DNA from: Trichoplax adhaerens
Lineage: Eukaryota; Animalia; Placozoa
Reading direction: 5' to 3'
Assembly (NCBI RefSeq): GCF_000150275.1
Contig: NW_002060963.1
Span: 319,502-383,501 of the forward strand
Length of the DNA: 64,000 nucleotides
Shown here: positions 1 to 14,500 of the stretch, piece by piece
Numbering within the stretch: the first letter of the stretch is position 1
Layout: the number at the start of each line of letters is the position of its first letter
Translations under genes and position numbers: made by a program
Notes under the pieces: generated by a model
Told to the model about the DNA's origin: nothing
Databases searched by the model: none
What the model saw: only the letters and a program-made list of their open reading frames with translations

Positions 1-2390
1 ATTCAAAAGAATCTAAAGATTCAAAAATGGTGTGCAGCAAATTAAATACTTCAATACGTAGGAGTCATCAAACATATAATAGTATTATGTATATGAACGT
101 GACCGTATGCGAAGTCGGTCATTTTGCAAACTGCCCTATATATAGTACATAGTACAACTGCAAGTGAGCCATTTTATTATACTAGCCACAATTAACACTT
201 AATTTATTAAGTCATACAGTTCTTCGCTGCATATTACTGTATTCCCTAACACATAATTACTGTATTTAGCTGAAATGATTATATAACATATATACGTACA
301 TTCCATGAACTGGCCATAATTTATTTATAAATAGATGATTGTTACGGTGATAGATACAGTTAAGTAATAGTTTACTGTTTTGAATGTTATAAATAGTTAC
401 CATTAGGGTTCCAGATCAGCTCATATAATGTGTTAGTTATATATTATCGGTCGGCTGTTCAAATGAATAATCCTGCTTACGTTAAAAATGACTGTAACCT
501 TTGAATTATATTTAGCTTAGTCTGTATAGTTGACGCATAATAATTGTAGAAATAGATTACTATCTGTTTTGATGATAGTTTAGATATGTACATTATTAGC
601 CTAGGATGATGCGAGTGTTGTTTAATGATAAACGCGAGTGATATTGCGTAAAAACAAATAAATAGTTTTCACGTTAATCATAACCAATAAAGTAATCTAG
701 TGAGTGCGGTAATTTATTGCTTACGTATTAGAAGTCAGATAGTTTGTGTTGTATTGCCGTGAAAGTTGAGTAAAAAGCTATAATTGTTACGGAGTACTAA
801 TCTTGACGAATAGTTTAGATTATAGAAGATCCAAAGATATCTTTTACTTTCTTTGTCGCAAGATTACATACTTGTTAGGGACGATAATACTAATTTAAAT
901 TTTTTTAGTAATCTTTCCGTGATAAATTTTCTTAAAAATACCACAAAAACTATAATTTTTTATAAACCTCACTTTATTATCCTAAAATTACATGCTTGTT
1001 AGGAACGATAATAATAAATTTAATTCTATCCCTAATCATTCCTTATTTTTCTTCATCTTATTTTACCTGCCGCTTAGATCATTAGCCAGGAATAGCCTGA
1101 AGATTATTACTAGAAACTCTTTCAATACACTTTCGAATTTACAAGAACTGTATATACGAAAATATCTTGATTGATGACTATTTAAATCATCTGAGTCAAG
1201 TTGCTTGCTGCATTATAAACTTGTTATAAAGTTTTTAATTTCTTTTCATAAAACAGAAATCTAGAGTTCAACCAAATTAGTTCCATTGAAGAATACGCTT
1301 TTCTTGGCATGGTAAACCTAATTAAGCTGTAAGGAAGTATCTCGAGATACTTAAGGAATTTATTGCACTGGTTAACTTAACGGTGTAGCTGAAATGAATA
1401 TATACTAAATAGAGAGTAATGAGCTGCATTTTACAGATTTTTAGATTCAAATCGAATAGCAAATCTTAAAGAGAACACTTTTACTGGTTCAATAAGTGTG
1501 CAAGAGCTGTAAGATGTGTGATAACTTATTAAAATACGGTACTATCTACGATTAAATAAGCTCTTCTCTCTTTAAATTAGGCATCTAACTGAAAATAACA
1601 TCGAACAATTCGACATAAATCACTTTAATAAACTACCATTTTTAACTTTTTTGTTAGTAGAATCCTTTATAAAGATTTTTATTACTTTTAAGTTCTAGTG
1701 GAACCCATACTTGCGATTCTTCGAGTACATATGTACTTGTACATTTTACTCTACAATAGTCTACATTATCACTAGCAGATCGCACTGAGTACGGTATATT
1801 ATATGCATATGACTTTATCTGATTATACCGAATGTACGTGTATTATTTATTTTTTCGGAAATTCTGCATTGTAAGAGATTACGGTACCTCGTAAATACTG
1901 TATTATACGATACCTAACCGTAAGGAATAGAGAGCGAAAAACCTCATTTACTCTTTGTCCTAGTTGCAAATTCAGTAAATACGACGTTATACATACAAAT
2001 GAATTAGTAGAGCAGTTGTGATATAGTTAAGAGCTAGAAATGCACTTTCAGATAATATCAACTGAGAAACAGCTATAAATTACAGCATAGTATCTCATTC
2101 TCTTTCTTTTTTGAATTAATGAGAAATTCTACTTACAATCGAACATCAATTACCTTATATTAGTTGCAATTTTTACTAACAATTTAAACTATATTCTAAT
2201 AATACATAGGGATCTTGGTTCGAATCTGTTTAAAAAATTTCAAGATTTAAGAACTAATTATACTACACCTGCATTCAAGTATCTTCGATCAATGTAAGTG
2301 AGACAATAAAAAATTTATAAGAAATAGTGTATTAATTCATAACGGAATCTAAATATCTTTTATTCTTAGTTACTTTAATAAATAAAAATT
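1..2390 (+). repeat. Duplicate of about 9205-11445
   Basis: Colinear near-identity over introns and five exons; ends at an N gap. Confidence 0.93.
1078..2293 (+). CDS. Five LRR-coding exons of an LRR-GPCR (partial; near-identical to exons at 10145-11347)
   Basis: AG/GT-bounded phase-2 exons: 1078-1149 SLARNSLKIITRNSFNTLSNLQEL, 1257-1328 NLEFNQISSIEEYAFLGMVNLIKL, 1437-1508, 1581-1652, 2210-2293. They join into the extracellular LxxLxLxxNxI LRR consensus. Followed by the N gap at 2391-2440. Confidence 0.85.
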
Positions 2391-2538
2391 NNNNNNNNNN
2401 NNNNNNNNNNNNNNNNNNNNNNNNNNNNNNNNNNNNNNNNGTATAAAGTTCTTAATAAAATTTATAGGAAAGTAAAAGGTTGGAAATTTTACTAATACTT
2501 NTGCTATAATACATGAATAATTTCTAAAATTAATTTAG

Positions 2539-5500
2539 GAGATTAGCCTTTAATAGGATACAACAACTTTCGGTAGGGATATTTACAGGACTATTTTCTT
2601 TGGAGAAGCTGTAAGTAAATTATTTGCTAATGTAGTTAATGATTAATCTGCAAAATCTACGTAAATGAAGTCTGTGAAAATGCTTACATTAATTTTATCG
2701 TTAACACTATTCTCTTTATCAATCAAATTAGCTCTTTACTAGTAGTAAGCAGGTACAGATACTGCAATATTTGTACTATTTTGATATCAATTTGTATTGC
2801 TAAATTTAGTAAATTCAGACAGTTTTTGATTGGTATTCTGCTTCTATGGTAGCATTATAGTGGATAAAAATAGTCAAATTGATATTACTTTCGACTTATT
2901 ACGGATAAGATCAATAGTAATAAAGCTAAGAGCTTAGGTGTGATGTAATTAAATTTAGAGACTTGAGAAACAACGTTTTAGAATCAATTCCCGAAACTAC
3001 ATGCCATGGTCCATCTAAACTTTATCAAATGTAACTATTGATAATTCTGTTTTAAAATGTTTGTATGGCGAACGTTAAATTATGGTGCTGAAAAAAACAT
3101 GGCTAGATAAGATTATGCAGTGCGATACCCGCATTCAATATTAATACAGTATTTTCGCTATAATTAGCATAGTAAGCTATAAAATGTTCTTTCGTCATTG
3201 TATAGCATAACGTAAAGTAAAATGTCATTACGCAAATATTTTACTCTGCTTTGTACGTGAAATTCTTTCCTATAACTAACTAAAAAAGTATAGAAAATAA
3301 GAAATTTTTCAGTTTGGAGTGCAATGTTGAAGTCCAAAGATTTATTCTTCACGTTGACAAGCATAAATAGGCAGTAAAATAAGCGTAGAGCGTAGCTATA
3401 GTCGAAGATCGGAAGTTTTATAAAACTATCATGAATATTACCGGCAATTTCTTATTTAGCTTTAATATAATTGCGGATTGTTGTCTTTTATAAATATTAT
3501 CTGATACCTTTTTTTTTCGTCGCTGCTGTTTATTCTTTTACAGAAATTTGGATAAAAATCGTCTTAAGAATCTTAACGTAGAAATCTTGCAAAACTGTTC
3601 GCAAAGTCTTACCGAATTGTAAATAAATACCAATTCATGGATTGCTATAGCAGATCAGCTTTCGTAAAAAAAGGAATTATTTTATACAGAATATTTATGT
3701 TATTCTTTTATATTCAAGTTCATAAATATAGTGCAACGGGTTTTATTAAGCAGATACAATATCGCATTAGAATTAAGTGAAAATATTCGCTATAATTTAT
3801 TAATATACTAATTATTTAGCTTCTATAGATTTGATAAATTACGAAGTACTATCTGTGAGCTGTTGAGGAAAGAAATATTTCAGACTTTCGTAATGAATTT
3901 GTTTAAAAATACTTCTTACACTAGGTACGCATCTCAGAATTCTATTTCTTACCTTAATANCACATCACTATCAACTCTATCTGCTCTTAAGAAGCTGTAA
4001 GTTACTATCTCATTGAATTTCTTTAATATATTTCTTGAAAAAATTAGTACTATCCTTAAATTGTAACAGTTTGGCAAGAATCTCTTTTCAATTATTTGCT
4101 CTTAATTACGAAATCATAATTTCATTCTATTTTAATGTAATCCTAATTAAAATATTGTAAATAATCTCATAATATAAGGAGGAATTTACTTTCTGACTTC
4201 TCTCTAGATTATAATACAAACCTTAGCATAAAAAAACTCTTATCTGTTGATTTAACGTACATTGCAGCATTTCCTTAGCTAAATATATCAATCGAAGGAA
4301 GAGATACTATCAGAACGATTTTTACTTATCAATGTGTCACAAAACAGCTTTGCAACAAGATAACGTAATATACGATCAATAGGTCAATTCCTTGAACCAC
4401 GTATCAAGGAACGATATCTGCACTATCACAAACACTTTTGCTCTACTAGCAGATTACATAAAGACTTAGACGCCTCGTATTTTACGTTAAACACTAAGTT
4501 TGAGAATTCACTTTATTACACGATATAGTGCATTTATATACTATTCCTCAATAGTTCATGAGTCATAGTTAATGCAATTAACATTGGAATCATTTACTGA
4601 ATTAGATATTAATTTTAGCTACTGCTCCCTTAATGCAGACAACAGTATTTACCAACATAGACATGTAATGACTAATACAGAATAGTCAGATTACGATATG
4701 TCTTATCACGGAACATTTCCATGATAATTTACGATCTACCATAAGTAAATTACAATCACAATGATTCGAACTGTAAGTAGATGATTTGCATTCCCTATTA
4801 TAACTATTAATTTCAGTATGTATATAAGTGTCACTATCATAAAAAGTCAGTGTTATATTAAAACACAGTATATCCAAATTAGAAGTTAACTAAATAAGGA
4901 TAGGCTAACAGGATTATCCTAACATAGATATTTCTACTCTAATACAATATATAACACTGTCACACAACGTATTATGGTTATTGTAGCCCTTTTATGTGGA
5001 CATTTTCCTACATATTACGGTGTTGATCTACGAATAAGTTGACGTTTTCAAGTAACGAAATCAACAACAATACCTTGTCACGATCAAGATTGCACCACAA
5101 AAAGAAATAACAGTACTTTCCTTCACTGATCTAACAAACCTATCTCATTACTTGCTAATAAATTAGAACTAGTCTTTTAACTCTTGTTTCTGTACTGATA
5201 TTCTCGATAATACTCTACTTGACATTTGCGTGATAAGCAGTTCTTTGATCAATGTATATACATATATATAATAATATATACAATTTTACTTTCGCCAGTT
5301 ATATATCTCAACTTGACATTTATCAGCAAGTCAATTACTTAACTAACCTTCGTTTTATAAATAGTTCCTTATATAGAGATTTTCTTTAATTAATTACGAA
5401 TTTATTTAATTCTAATAGTTACAACGTCAATAACGCAATCACACCTTTAAGAATACGCTAATCAACGCCATGCATGAGAATTAAAGTTTTACAAATAATT

Positions 5501-8500
5501 ACAATATTTAAGATACTATCATTGCTGATAATAATTTTGATATACCTAGACATCATACATAAAACATGCTTACACGTATATCATTTAATTAATCAACAAA
5601 GTATAAGTTTTGAGTATACTATGGTTAGGCACCTTGATAGCACCTCCAAGAAGTTGCTAAAGTCAGCAAACAACACTTGAGCTGTTAATAAAGTTAACAG
5701 TTTGTCATAAGAATTCAATTAATAATTATTGCTAATTATAAATCACCTGCACGCGAACAAATTTATAGCCATTAATTAATACGCATCTGTCATATGTTCG
5801 CTATCGTCATAAAACATCAACTGATAGCAGTATTAATATATAGAATTAAAAATAATTTAGATGCAATTAATATTTGTATTAGACATGAGAACATGAAATG
5901 AAATATTTACTTTTGTTTGTTGCTCAATTCTTTTTGGAAAGAAAATTGGATTATAATCCTATTTCTATGATATCATACAATGCCAACTCATCGATCAGAC
6001 CGTTGTCTCAATTACACGAACTGTAAGATGATGTATAATCAAATTACACCATAAATAACTTCTGGTTTTGAGCTAAGTGCAATCGTATTTTATATTTACT
6101 ACCTATGTTACTAGCATTAATTATTAGCACCAATAGCTTTAAAGTAACTACATTTACTGAAAGTTGTTAAAATTTATATGATAATCGGGGTGTTATGGCT
6201 ATAGCAGAGAAATAAATTCGAAGTTAATATCTTTGTTTACCATAAATAAGACTTTTGAGCCTACTACACATGATACTGTATAATCGATCACGAAAATCCA
6301 AAATTTTTAGAAAATTACAGCTCTATTTGATTTTATACATAGATGATGTAAGCATAGTTCTACTTCAGCCGCATACAGCATGTAAATACTTCTAGAAAGA
6401 ACTACTAGAATAACCTAAGTTGCTGGCTTATATACTTTTTGAAGTATTCGTGGCTATAGTCAGCATAGCAACATTCTACTACATTTTATACATTTTACAA
6501 CGGACGATCAGTAATCTAATATGGAAACTACTACAGTATTTACGTAGACATTATTTCTACCAGACAGAGTACGATGAACTAAGCATACCCTAATATATGA
6601 ATTACAGTTCTATTTTTACGTCTAACCTTAACAATAACTCGACACCCTACTGTATATAGTCATCTGTACTCTAACATAGAATCTTCCACTAAAGTCTTTG
6701 GTTATAAGCTACTAAATATATTTTAAGACAAATATAGAAGCCACGCTACCGTACATCATACTCAACATGGCTAATAGTCTACAATACTAAGAATATGTTA
6801 TATTACACCATATAAGAGAAAAACTTGATTAAAAATTTGGGGAAGGTATAAACAGTAAAAGATTTAGAATACGGATATGTCCAAATATTCATATACTGTA
6901 AGCAGCCCAATATCAGGTTTTATTGCAATCATTTAGTGTAGAACTTATTCCTAAGAATTTACTAGTCTTTCAAGTTCATATATCACTTGGCCTTGCTTAA
7001 TTTAAAACTCTTAAGCTTGATGACCTATTTATCCAATGTATTGTATTTATAAAGTGGAATCTTTTATACAGAAAATGAACATTCGATTTCAATTATTACT
7101 GCCCTTATCTACTTATAGTTCGATTGATAACACCTTATTAAAAGAAATACCTAGAGAGTCTTTTCAACTATTCGAAAACGCAATAGTAATGTAAGTAGCT
7201 AGTAAAATTTATGACTAAAAATTCTTTAACATTAAAGATACTAGGAAAAGTTACCCTGTGATGAAATAGTTATAATCGTACTTTTATTGATGAGATCAAC
7301 TCGAAATAAACAGGTGAGGATATCATTTATGGAAAATAATCCCATACGTATCCGCATGATTAATTGTATAACATATACGCGAATACTTGATGTTTGGCAG
7401 CGTTATAAGCGCAGCTAAATGTAACTATAAATTGAACAACGTATTAATAACTAAAATCTAATACTTTATTGTAAGAAATTATTTGTTTAATATATTCTCC
7501 TAGTGACAGCGATTTGTAATATTTTAAGTCACGAACTAAACAAAGAACTTAATAAGCGTTATTGGACTGAAGATCTGTTAATTTAACAGCTAACTTTACA
7601 CACCAGATTATGTCCAATTAAATTATGATGAATAACTTAATCCAATGGTATTATTATTGTTTAGGAAATGCAATTCCGCTGATTTTTCCAGTGATAACGG
7701 AGAATCTTTATCTGTCCTTTCAAACTTGCAAACATTGTAAATATTTCGTTTCTTTCATTCCTATTGTAAATATTTCCTGTATTTTGGTAGTTAACGCACT
7801 ACATCAATTGATAATTTTAATCGGTATGAAAGGTCTCAAAATTAAAAATTCTGAGTTAAAATTACATTTACAGCAATAAAATCTTACATGACATAACCGT
7901 AGATGATATATTCCATTTAAACAAATTGTAATTCGATTTTATTGATTTAAGAAATTTTAATTTATAATCTACCTCAATTATCATATTACGTAATCAGAAT
8001 TATTGCTGGAAGTCAAATCCACCCTAACTATACATTTAGTCATCATCTATCATTGACATTTCTGTGAGTAAAATAATTATATTGCTTAGGTATTGATAAG
8101 ATGTACAATATAACTTTATTATTGGATTGTAGATTATCAGCGATGCTAGTATGATGTACTGCATCGTGGCTTACTAAATTTATTATAAGAGATATTTCCT
8201 AGCTTATAATCATAGATCATAAATGAAGATGCCAGAGTACAGATGGCTATATAAATTAGAGTGTTAAGTCATTATTGATGTTAGAGATACAAAGAACTGA
8301 AATGTAACTCACTTACTAAGACATAGATAGTTCATTATACTATGGCTTGTCGGAAACGATACCTGCATAAATACTGTAGCTGCTACTATAATAAATTTTA
8401 AATAGTCCACCAAGGTATATGTTGCTAATAATAAGATGAATACTTGTAAACCAAAGTAGAACTTTGCCATGCTGATTACAGCTTCAGATGTCATGAAAAA

Positions 8501-11500
8501 TATAAAGTTTGGCAACTTTACATTATTTAGTAGCTCTGTCTATGTCTTTCTGGTGGTTGCATTTACTAGGCTAGAGCAGTATTAAATATGTTTGTATAAA
8601 GATTGAATAAAATTTTAATTCTCTGTAACGTCTGAAAATTCGTAATCTACGTATTTCATCTGTCAATGATAGTAGTTACTATCTACGAGCTAATATATGA
8701 CAGAACTAGACAATAGACATTATATCGATTATGATAAATTTTAAATTATTTCTTCTCTTCTAGAATGATAAACAACTTGATGACTCGAAATTTTAAAATC
8801 AGAAGAGAAACATTTCAAGGCTTGATTAAGTTAAAATACTTGTGAGTATCAGAATTAAGCTGAATGCAAAGTTTGACTGTTACTAATATTGATATTGCTG
8901 GCATAATCTGTAACATAGATACCTTAGTTTTAACTATATTCAAGCACTCAAGAATGATAGCTTCCCTTCTCTTCATTCACTTTACGAATTGTACGTGCAG
9001 TATTTATTTTTTTAATATTGATAGCTATTAATTGGATCATAAATATATTAAATTAATATTTAATATTTGAATTTTACGCGTGTGCTTGTTTCGTAGGCAA
9101 TTGAAAGCTAATAATATTTCTACAATCGAACCATACAGCTTTATTGGATTACCAAATTTAAGAAAATTGTAAGCCATGTTGAATTTACATGCTAATATTT
9201 TTACCATGTAAAGAATCTAATGGTTCAAAAATGGTGTGCAGTAAATACTTGAATACATACATACTGTACTTTATTAAGACATACAGTTCTACGCTGTACA
9301 TTACTGTATTCCCTGACACATAATTACTGTATTTAGCTAAAATGATTACATATACGTACATTCCATAAACTGGCCATAATTTATTTATAAATAGATGATT
9401 GTTACGGTGATAGATACCATCAAGTAATAGTTTATTGTATTGATTGTTGTACATAGTTTATCATTATGATTACAGATCAGCTCATATAATGTGTTAATTA
9501 TATATTATCGGTCGGCTGTTTAAATGAATAATTCTGCCTACGTTAAAAATGGCTGTTACCTTTGAGTTATATTTAGCTTAGTCTATGTAGCTGACGCATA
9601 ATAATTGTAGGAATAGATTACTATCTGTTTTGCTGATAGTTTAGATACGTACATTATTAGCCTTAGACGATGCGAGTGTTTTTAAATGATAAACGCGAGT
9701 GATATTGCATAAAAACAAATAAATAGTTTTCACGTTAATCATAACCAATAAAGTAATCTAGTGAGTACTGTAATTTATTGCTTACATGTTAGAAGTTAGA
9801 TAGTTTGTATTATATTTGCATAGAAACTTGAGTAAAAAGTCTATAATTGTTATGAAGTACTAATCTAGAGAAATAGTTTAGATTATAGAAGATCCAAAGA
9901 CACCTTTTACTTTCTATTTGTCGCAAGATTACATACTTGTTAGGGGCGATAATAATATTTTAAATTTTATTCGTAATCGTTCTGTGATAAATTTCCTCTT
10001 AAAAATACCACAAAAACTACAATTTCTTATAAACTTCACTTTGTTATCCTAAAATTACAGGCTTGTTAGGGACGATAATAATAAATTTAATTCTATCCCT
10101 AATCATTCCTTATTTTTCTTCATCTTATTTTACCTGCCGCCTAGATCATTGGCCAGAAATAGCCTAAAGATTATTACTAGAAACTCTTTCAATACACTTT
10201 CGAATTTACAAGAACTGTATATACGAAAATATCTTGATTGACGACTATTTAAATCATCTGAGTCAAGTTGCTTGCTGCATTATAAACTTGTTATAAAGTT
10301 TTTAATTTCTTTTCATAAAACAGAAATCTAGAGTTCAACCAAATTAGTTCCATTGAAGAATACGCTTTTCTTGGCATGGTAAACCTAATTAAGCTGTAAG
10401 GAAGTATCTCGAGATACTTAAGGAATTTATTGCATTAGTTAACTTAACGGTGTAGCCGAAACGAATATACTAAATAGAGAGTAATGAGCTGCATTTTACA
10501 GATTTTTAGATTCAAATCGAATAGCAAATCTCAAAGAGAACACTTTTACTGGCTCAATAAATGTGCAAGAGCTGTAAGATGTGTGATAAATTATTAAAAT
10601 ACGGTTCTATTTACGATTAAATAAGCTCATCTCTCGTTAAATTAGGCATCTAACTGAAAATAACATCGAACAATTCGATATGAATCACTTCAATAAACTA
10701 CCATTTTTAACTTTTTTGTTAGTAGAATCCTTTATAAAGATTGTTATTACTTGTAAATTCTAGTGAAACCCGTACTTGTGGTTCTTTGAGTACTTATGTA
10801 CCAGTACTTTTTACGCTACATTATCACTGGCAGTTCGCACTGAGTACGGTATATTATATGCATATGACTTTATCTGATTATACCGAATGTACGTGTATTA
10901 TTTATTTTTCGGAAATTCTGCATTGTAAGAGATTACGGTACCTCGTAAATACTGTACTATACGGTACCTAACCGTCAGGAATAGAGAGCGAAAAACCTCA
11001 TTCGCTTTTTGTCCTAATTGCAGATTCAGTAAACACGACGTTATACATACAAATGAATTAGTAGAGCACTTGTGATATAGTTAAGAGCTAGAAATGCACT
11101 TTCAGATAATATCAACTGAGAAACAGCTATAAATTACAGCATAGTATCTCATTCTCTTTCTTTTTTGAATTAATGAGAAATTCTACTTACAATCGAACAT
11201 CAATTACCTTATATTAGTTGCAATTTTTACTAACATTTTAAATTATATTCTAATAATACATAGGGATCTTGGTTCGAATCTGTTTAAAAAATTTCAAGAT
11301 TTAAGAACTAATTACACTACACCTGCATTCAAGTATCTTCGATCAATGTAAGTGAGACAATAAAAAATTTATAAGAAATAGTGTATTAATTCATAACGGA
11401 ATCTAAATATCTTTTATTCTTAGTTATTTTAATAAATAGAAATTTTATTGAAATTATTATCTCATTTAAATAAATGTAAGAGGTATTCTATTGTATTTTT

Positions 11501-14500
11501 GTTACGATAGAAAATTTAGCGGGAGTTTTTACTCTATGGATAATATGAGACACTTCGCTAATAAACCTCTAGAACAACTGTAAGTTTGTATGATAGTCAG
11601 TAATTTATCTTCATTAATTTCATTTGGCAAAAACACTTCAGTTACGTGTATATATATAATAAGATCAGTCCTACTGTATATTATCGTTTAGTGGTTTATA
11701 ATAGCTCATTATCATAATTTCGATCATAGCTCTATAAAGGATATTATTATATTGCTATGGCAACATTTATTTTCTACATCTGTAGCGTGTGCAATAAATG
11801 TGATATTCGGAAACTGCAAAAATCTCATTTTACCGGAGTACAGGACCTAAAATGGATGTAATCACCAATAAAATACTTATAATTCAAGTGGCTAGCAAGA
11901 TATTACAACTATAATTTTGAAATTTGTTTAGTTAATCCACTTTTAACAGCTACGATATAGGGTAATTTAAATTAACGTTTGCTGTTGCAATGTATATACA
12001 CAGACATATAAGGAACAACTTAATTCAATCGTTACCGGAGAAATTTTTCCATGATATGAAGCATGTACGATACATGTAAGAGCATTTATCTTAAACTAAT
12101 ATTAAAGGAATTTAGAGTTTAAAACTTTACATTACATTTTCACGTAGCTGATTCAATGAAAAAAATATTAGGTACCCAGTAGCGCTTAATATTAAACATA
12201 ATCTAGTCTTATTATACGTGAAATAGAAATATGTTATTAATAATTATCACAATATTGGACTTAATCCGGACATTTATAATTAAATGTGCATTTAATGTTA
12301 CCATAGAGATCTGACACTTAATGGATTAACATATTTTGACTTTACTTCACTGGAGGGCCTGCCAAATCTATTGCAAATGTTGGTATTAAGATCATATATT
12401 ATACTCAGTAGATAATCTATTTATAGTTATAACAGCCTATAAATCAATAGTTATTAGATATATATTTTGATAATACAGCATAATCTACGGCTTTGAATAC
12501 CAGTACTTAATAAAATAGAAATAATTTGTATTCAGTAACAAAGTATCTTTTGCTCAGTGTTACAGTGTTATACTCTGTAATATCGAGGTTATAGTAGAAA
12601 TATCTATGTTAGGACAATTTTGTTGATTTACCCTTATATGAAGAGTTTCTAATTTAGATATAAGATATTTAAAAATAGCACTAGCTTTTACGGTGATATA
12701 TATAGCCTACTAAAATTAGCAGTTTAATTAGGGAATCGAGAATAATCTTATTACAATTTAAATTACTGTGATTGTAATTTACTTATAGTAGATTGTAGAT
12801 TATCGTTGAAATTTTCCGTGAAAGGACATATTGTAATCCGACAATTTTGTATTAGTCATTCGATGTCTATCTTCGTAAATACTGTTGTCTTCATTAGGTA
12901 GCAGTAGATAAAATTAGCTTTTAATTCATTATCAGGTTTCAAGCATAATATTACTAACTCGGATGTCTTTGCTATCGTAAAAGAGTATGTAAATGCGATA
13001 AATCGTATGATAAAGTTAGTTCTCATGATTAGTGTTTAACGTAAGATACGAGGTATCTAAGTCTTTTTGTAGTCTACTAGTATAGGAAAAGTGTTCCTGA
13101 AAGAGTAGATACTGCTCCCTGATACGTGGTTCGGGGAATCGACAGATTGATCGTGCATTACATTATCTTGTTGCAAAGCTGTAGACTCAGTTAATGTTTA
13201 GTTTTTAATAAATAGATAATTATTATATTGATACCTACTTTAAATTAATAATTATATGATCGAGCTTTTAAATGTGAAAAATATTAATAACATAATTTAA
13301 GCTTTTATTACAGTCTTTTAGGATATAATTACCTAACTACGTTAAAAAATACTGCGTCAGCAAATTCAGTAATAACAATTGAAAAATTGTGAGTAAATAC
13401 AGGAATATTGTTATTAATGGAATAAGTGAGAATTTTAATGTAAATAGGATATATTCTGCACTAATGTAGTATATGATATCGCCTGAGCTTTCATAATTAT
13501 GTATTCGATTTTATTCCTAATAAATCTTTAGCTATGCCCCGGACAACTTTTTGACACATTTAGAATCAGATTTATTTTTTAATTTTCCATATTTGTATTA
13601 CCTGTAAGTAGCTTTTGTTTTATATTGCATGCAATGCAATGATTCCCAGACTAGAAGCGTTATGCTGATTGTATTATTGATAATAACATGCGATTTGAAT
13701 TAATTCTATGTCTTGAAACTAGTTTCATACCTAATAATCGCTTACATGCCTTACCTGATCACTTATGTAATGGTACACAATTGAAAACGTTGTAAGTAAA
13801 AAATATAGACTTTTAAGAAAATAAATTAGCTACCAAGCCTATCAATGTATACTTTAATAATTTCGAATCACCTTTAATTACAATGATTTAAGAGATGTTA
13901 GTGGAAATTTAATCAGAAAAATCAATCGTCTACAATTTACAGCCTGCAATTATTTGAAAATAATGTACGTATTATTGTTGATATCGTTATATAACTGCAA
14001 ATTGTAATGCTATAAACAAAGTTAATGACTAGAGCTCAGATACTCTGGCTAATACATATTGTATTAAATATCTGGTTTGATATATGGCAAAACTATCATT
14101 ACCTTAATAAGAAATCCGTCTTAGCTTAACTTATGTTCATTGTATGAGTTCCTCAATAATATCGGAAGATATTAACCATCCAATGTAACATGAATGAGAG
14201 TCTGATTCTCTCCGAGAACTGCCGAAGCCTGACCTATAGAAGATTAGACTAAAAAATTGTAGTCACAATTTACTACACGTGTTTGTATCGCTACATGTAT
14301 AGCTGCTTATATCTTACAACAATTACAAAGAGTATAGAAAACGTAATATTAAATGTGTAAAATAATAATTTTTGAATCATAAGAAGGGATTGCATAGGGA
14401 CGGATATCGAATATAAACTCTTATCCGTATAGCTCTTTTTAAATACACACTTTTCTAGTGGCTTACATTTTTTATAAATACTATATTGAATTTCATCAAA

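Noticed and set aside
4686-4877. Cys-containing minus-strand ORF
   Set aside because: Lies within the LTR-like element 4335-4964 and resembles no protein family I recognise.
5898-5941. In-frame ATG giving the signal-peptide-like MKYLLLFVAQFF
   Set aside because: More simply the polypyrimidine tract before the phase-2 acceptor at 5941; no LRRNT cap follows. Not fully excluded.
12908-12987. LRR-looking frame IKLAFNSLSGFKHNITNSDVFAIVK
   Set aside because: Wrong splice phase, and it lies inside the TSD-bounded LTR-like element 12558-13185.
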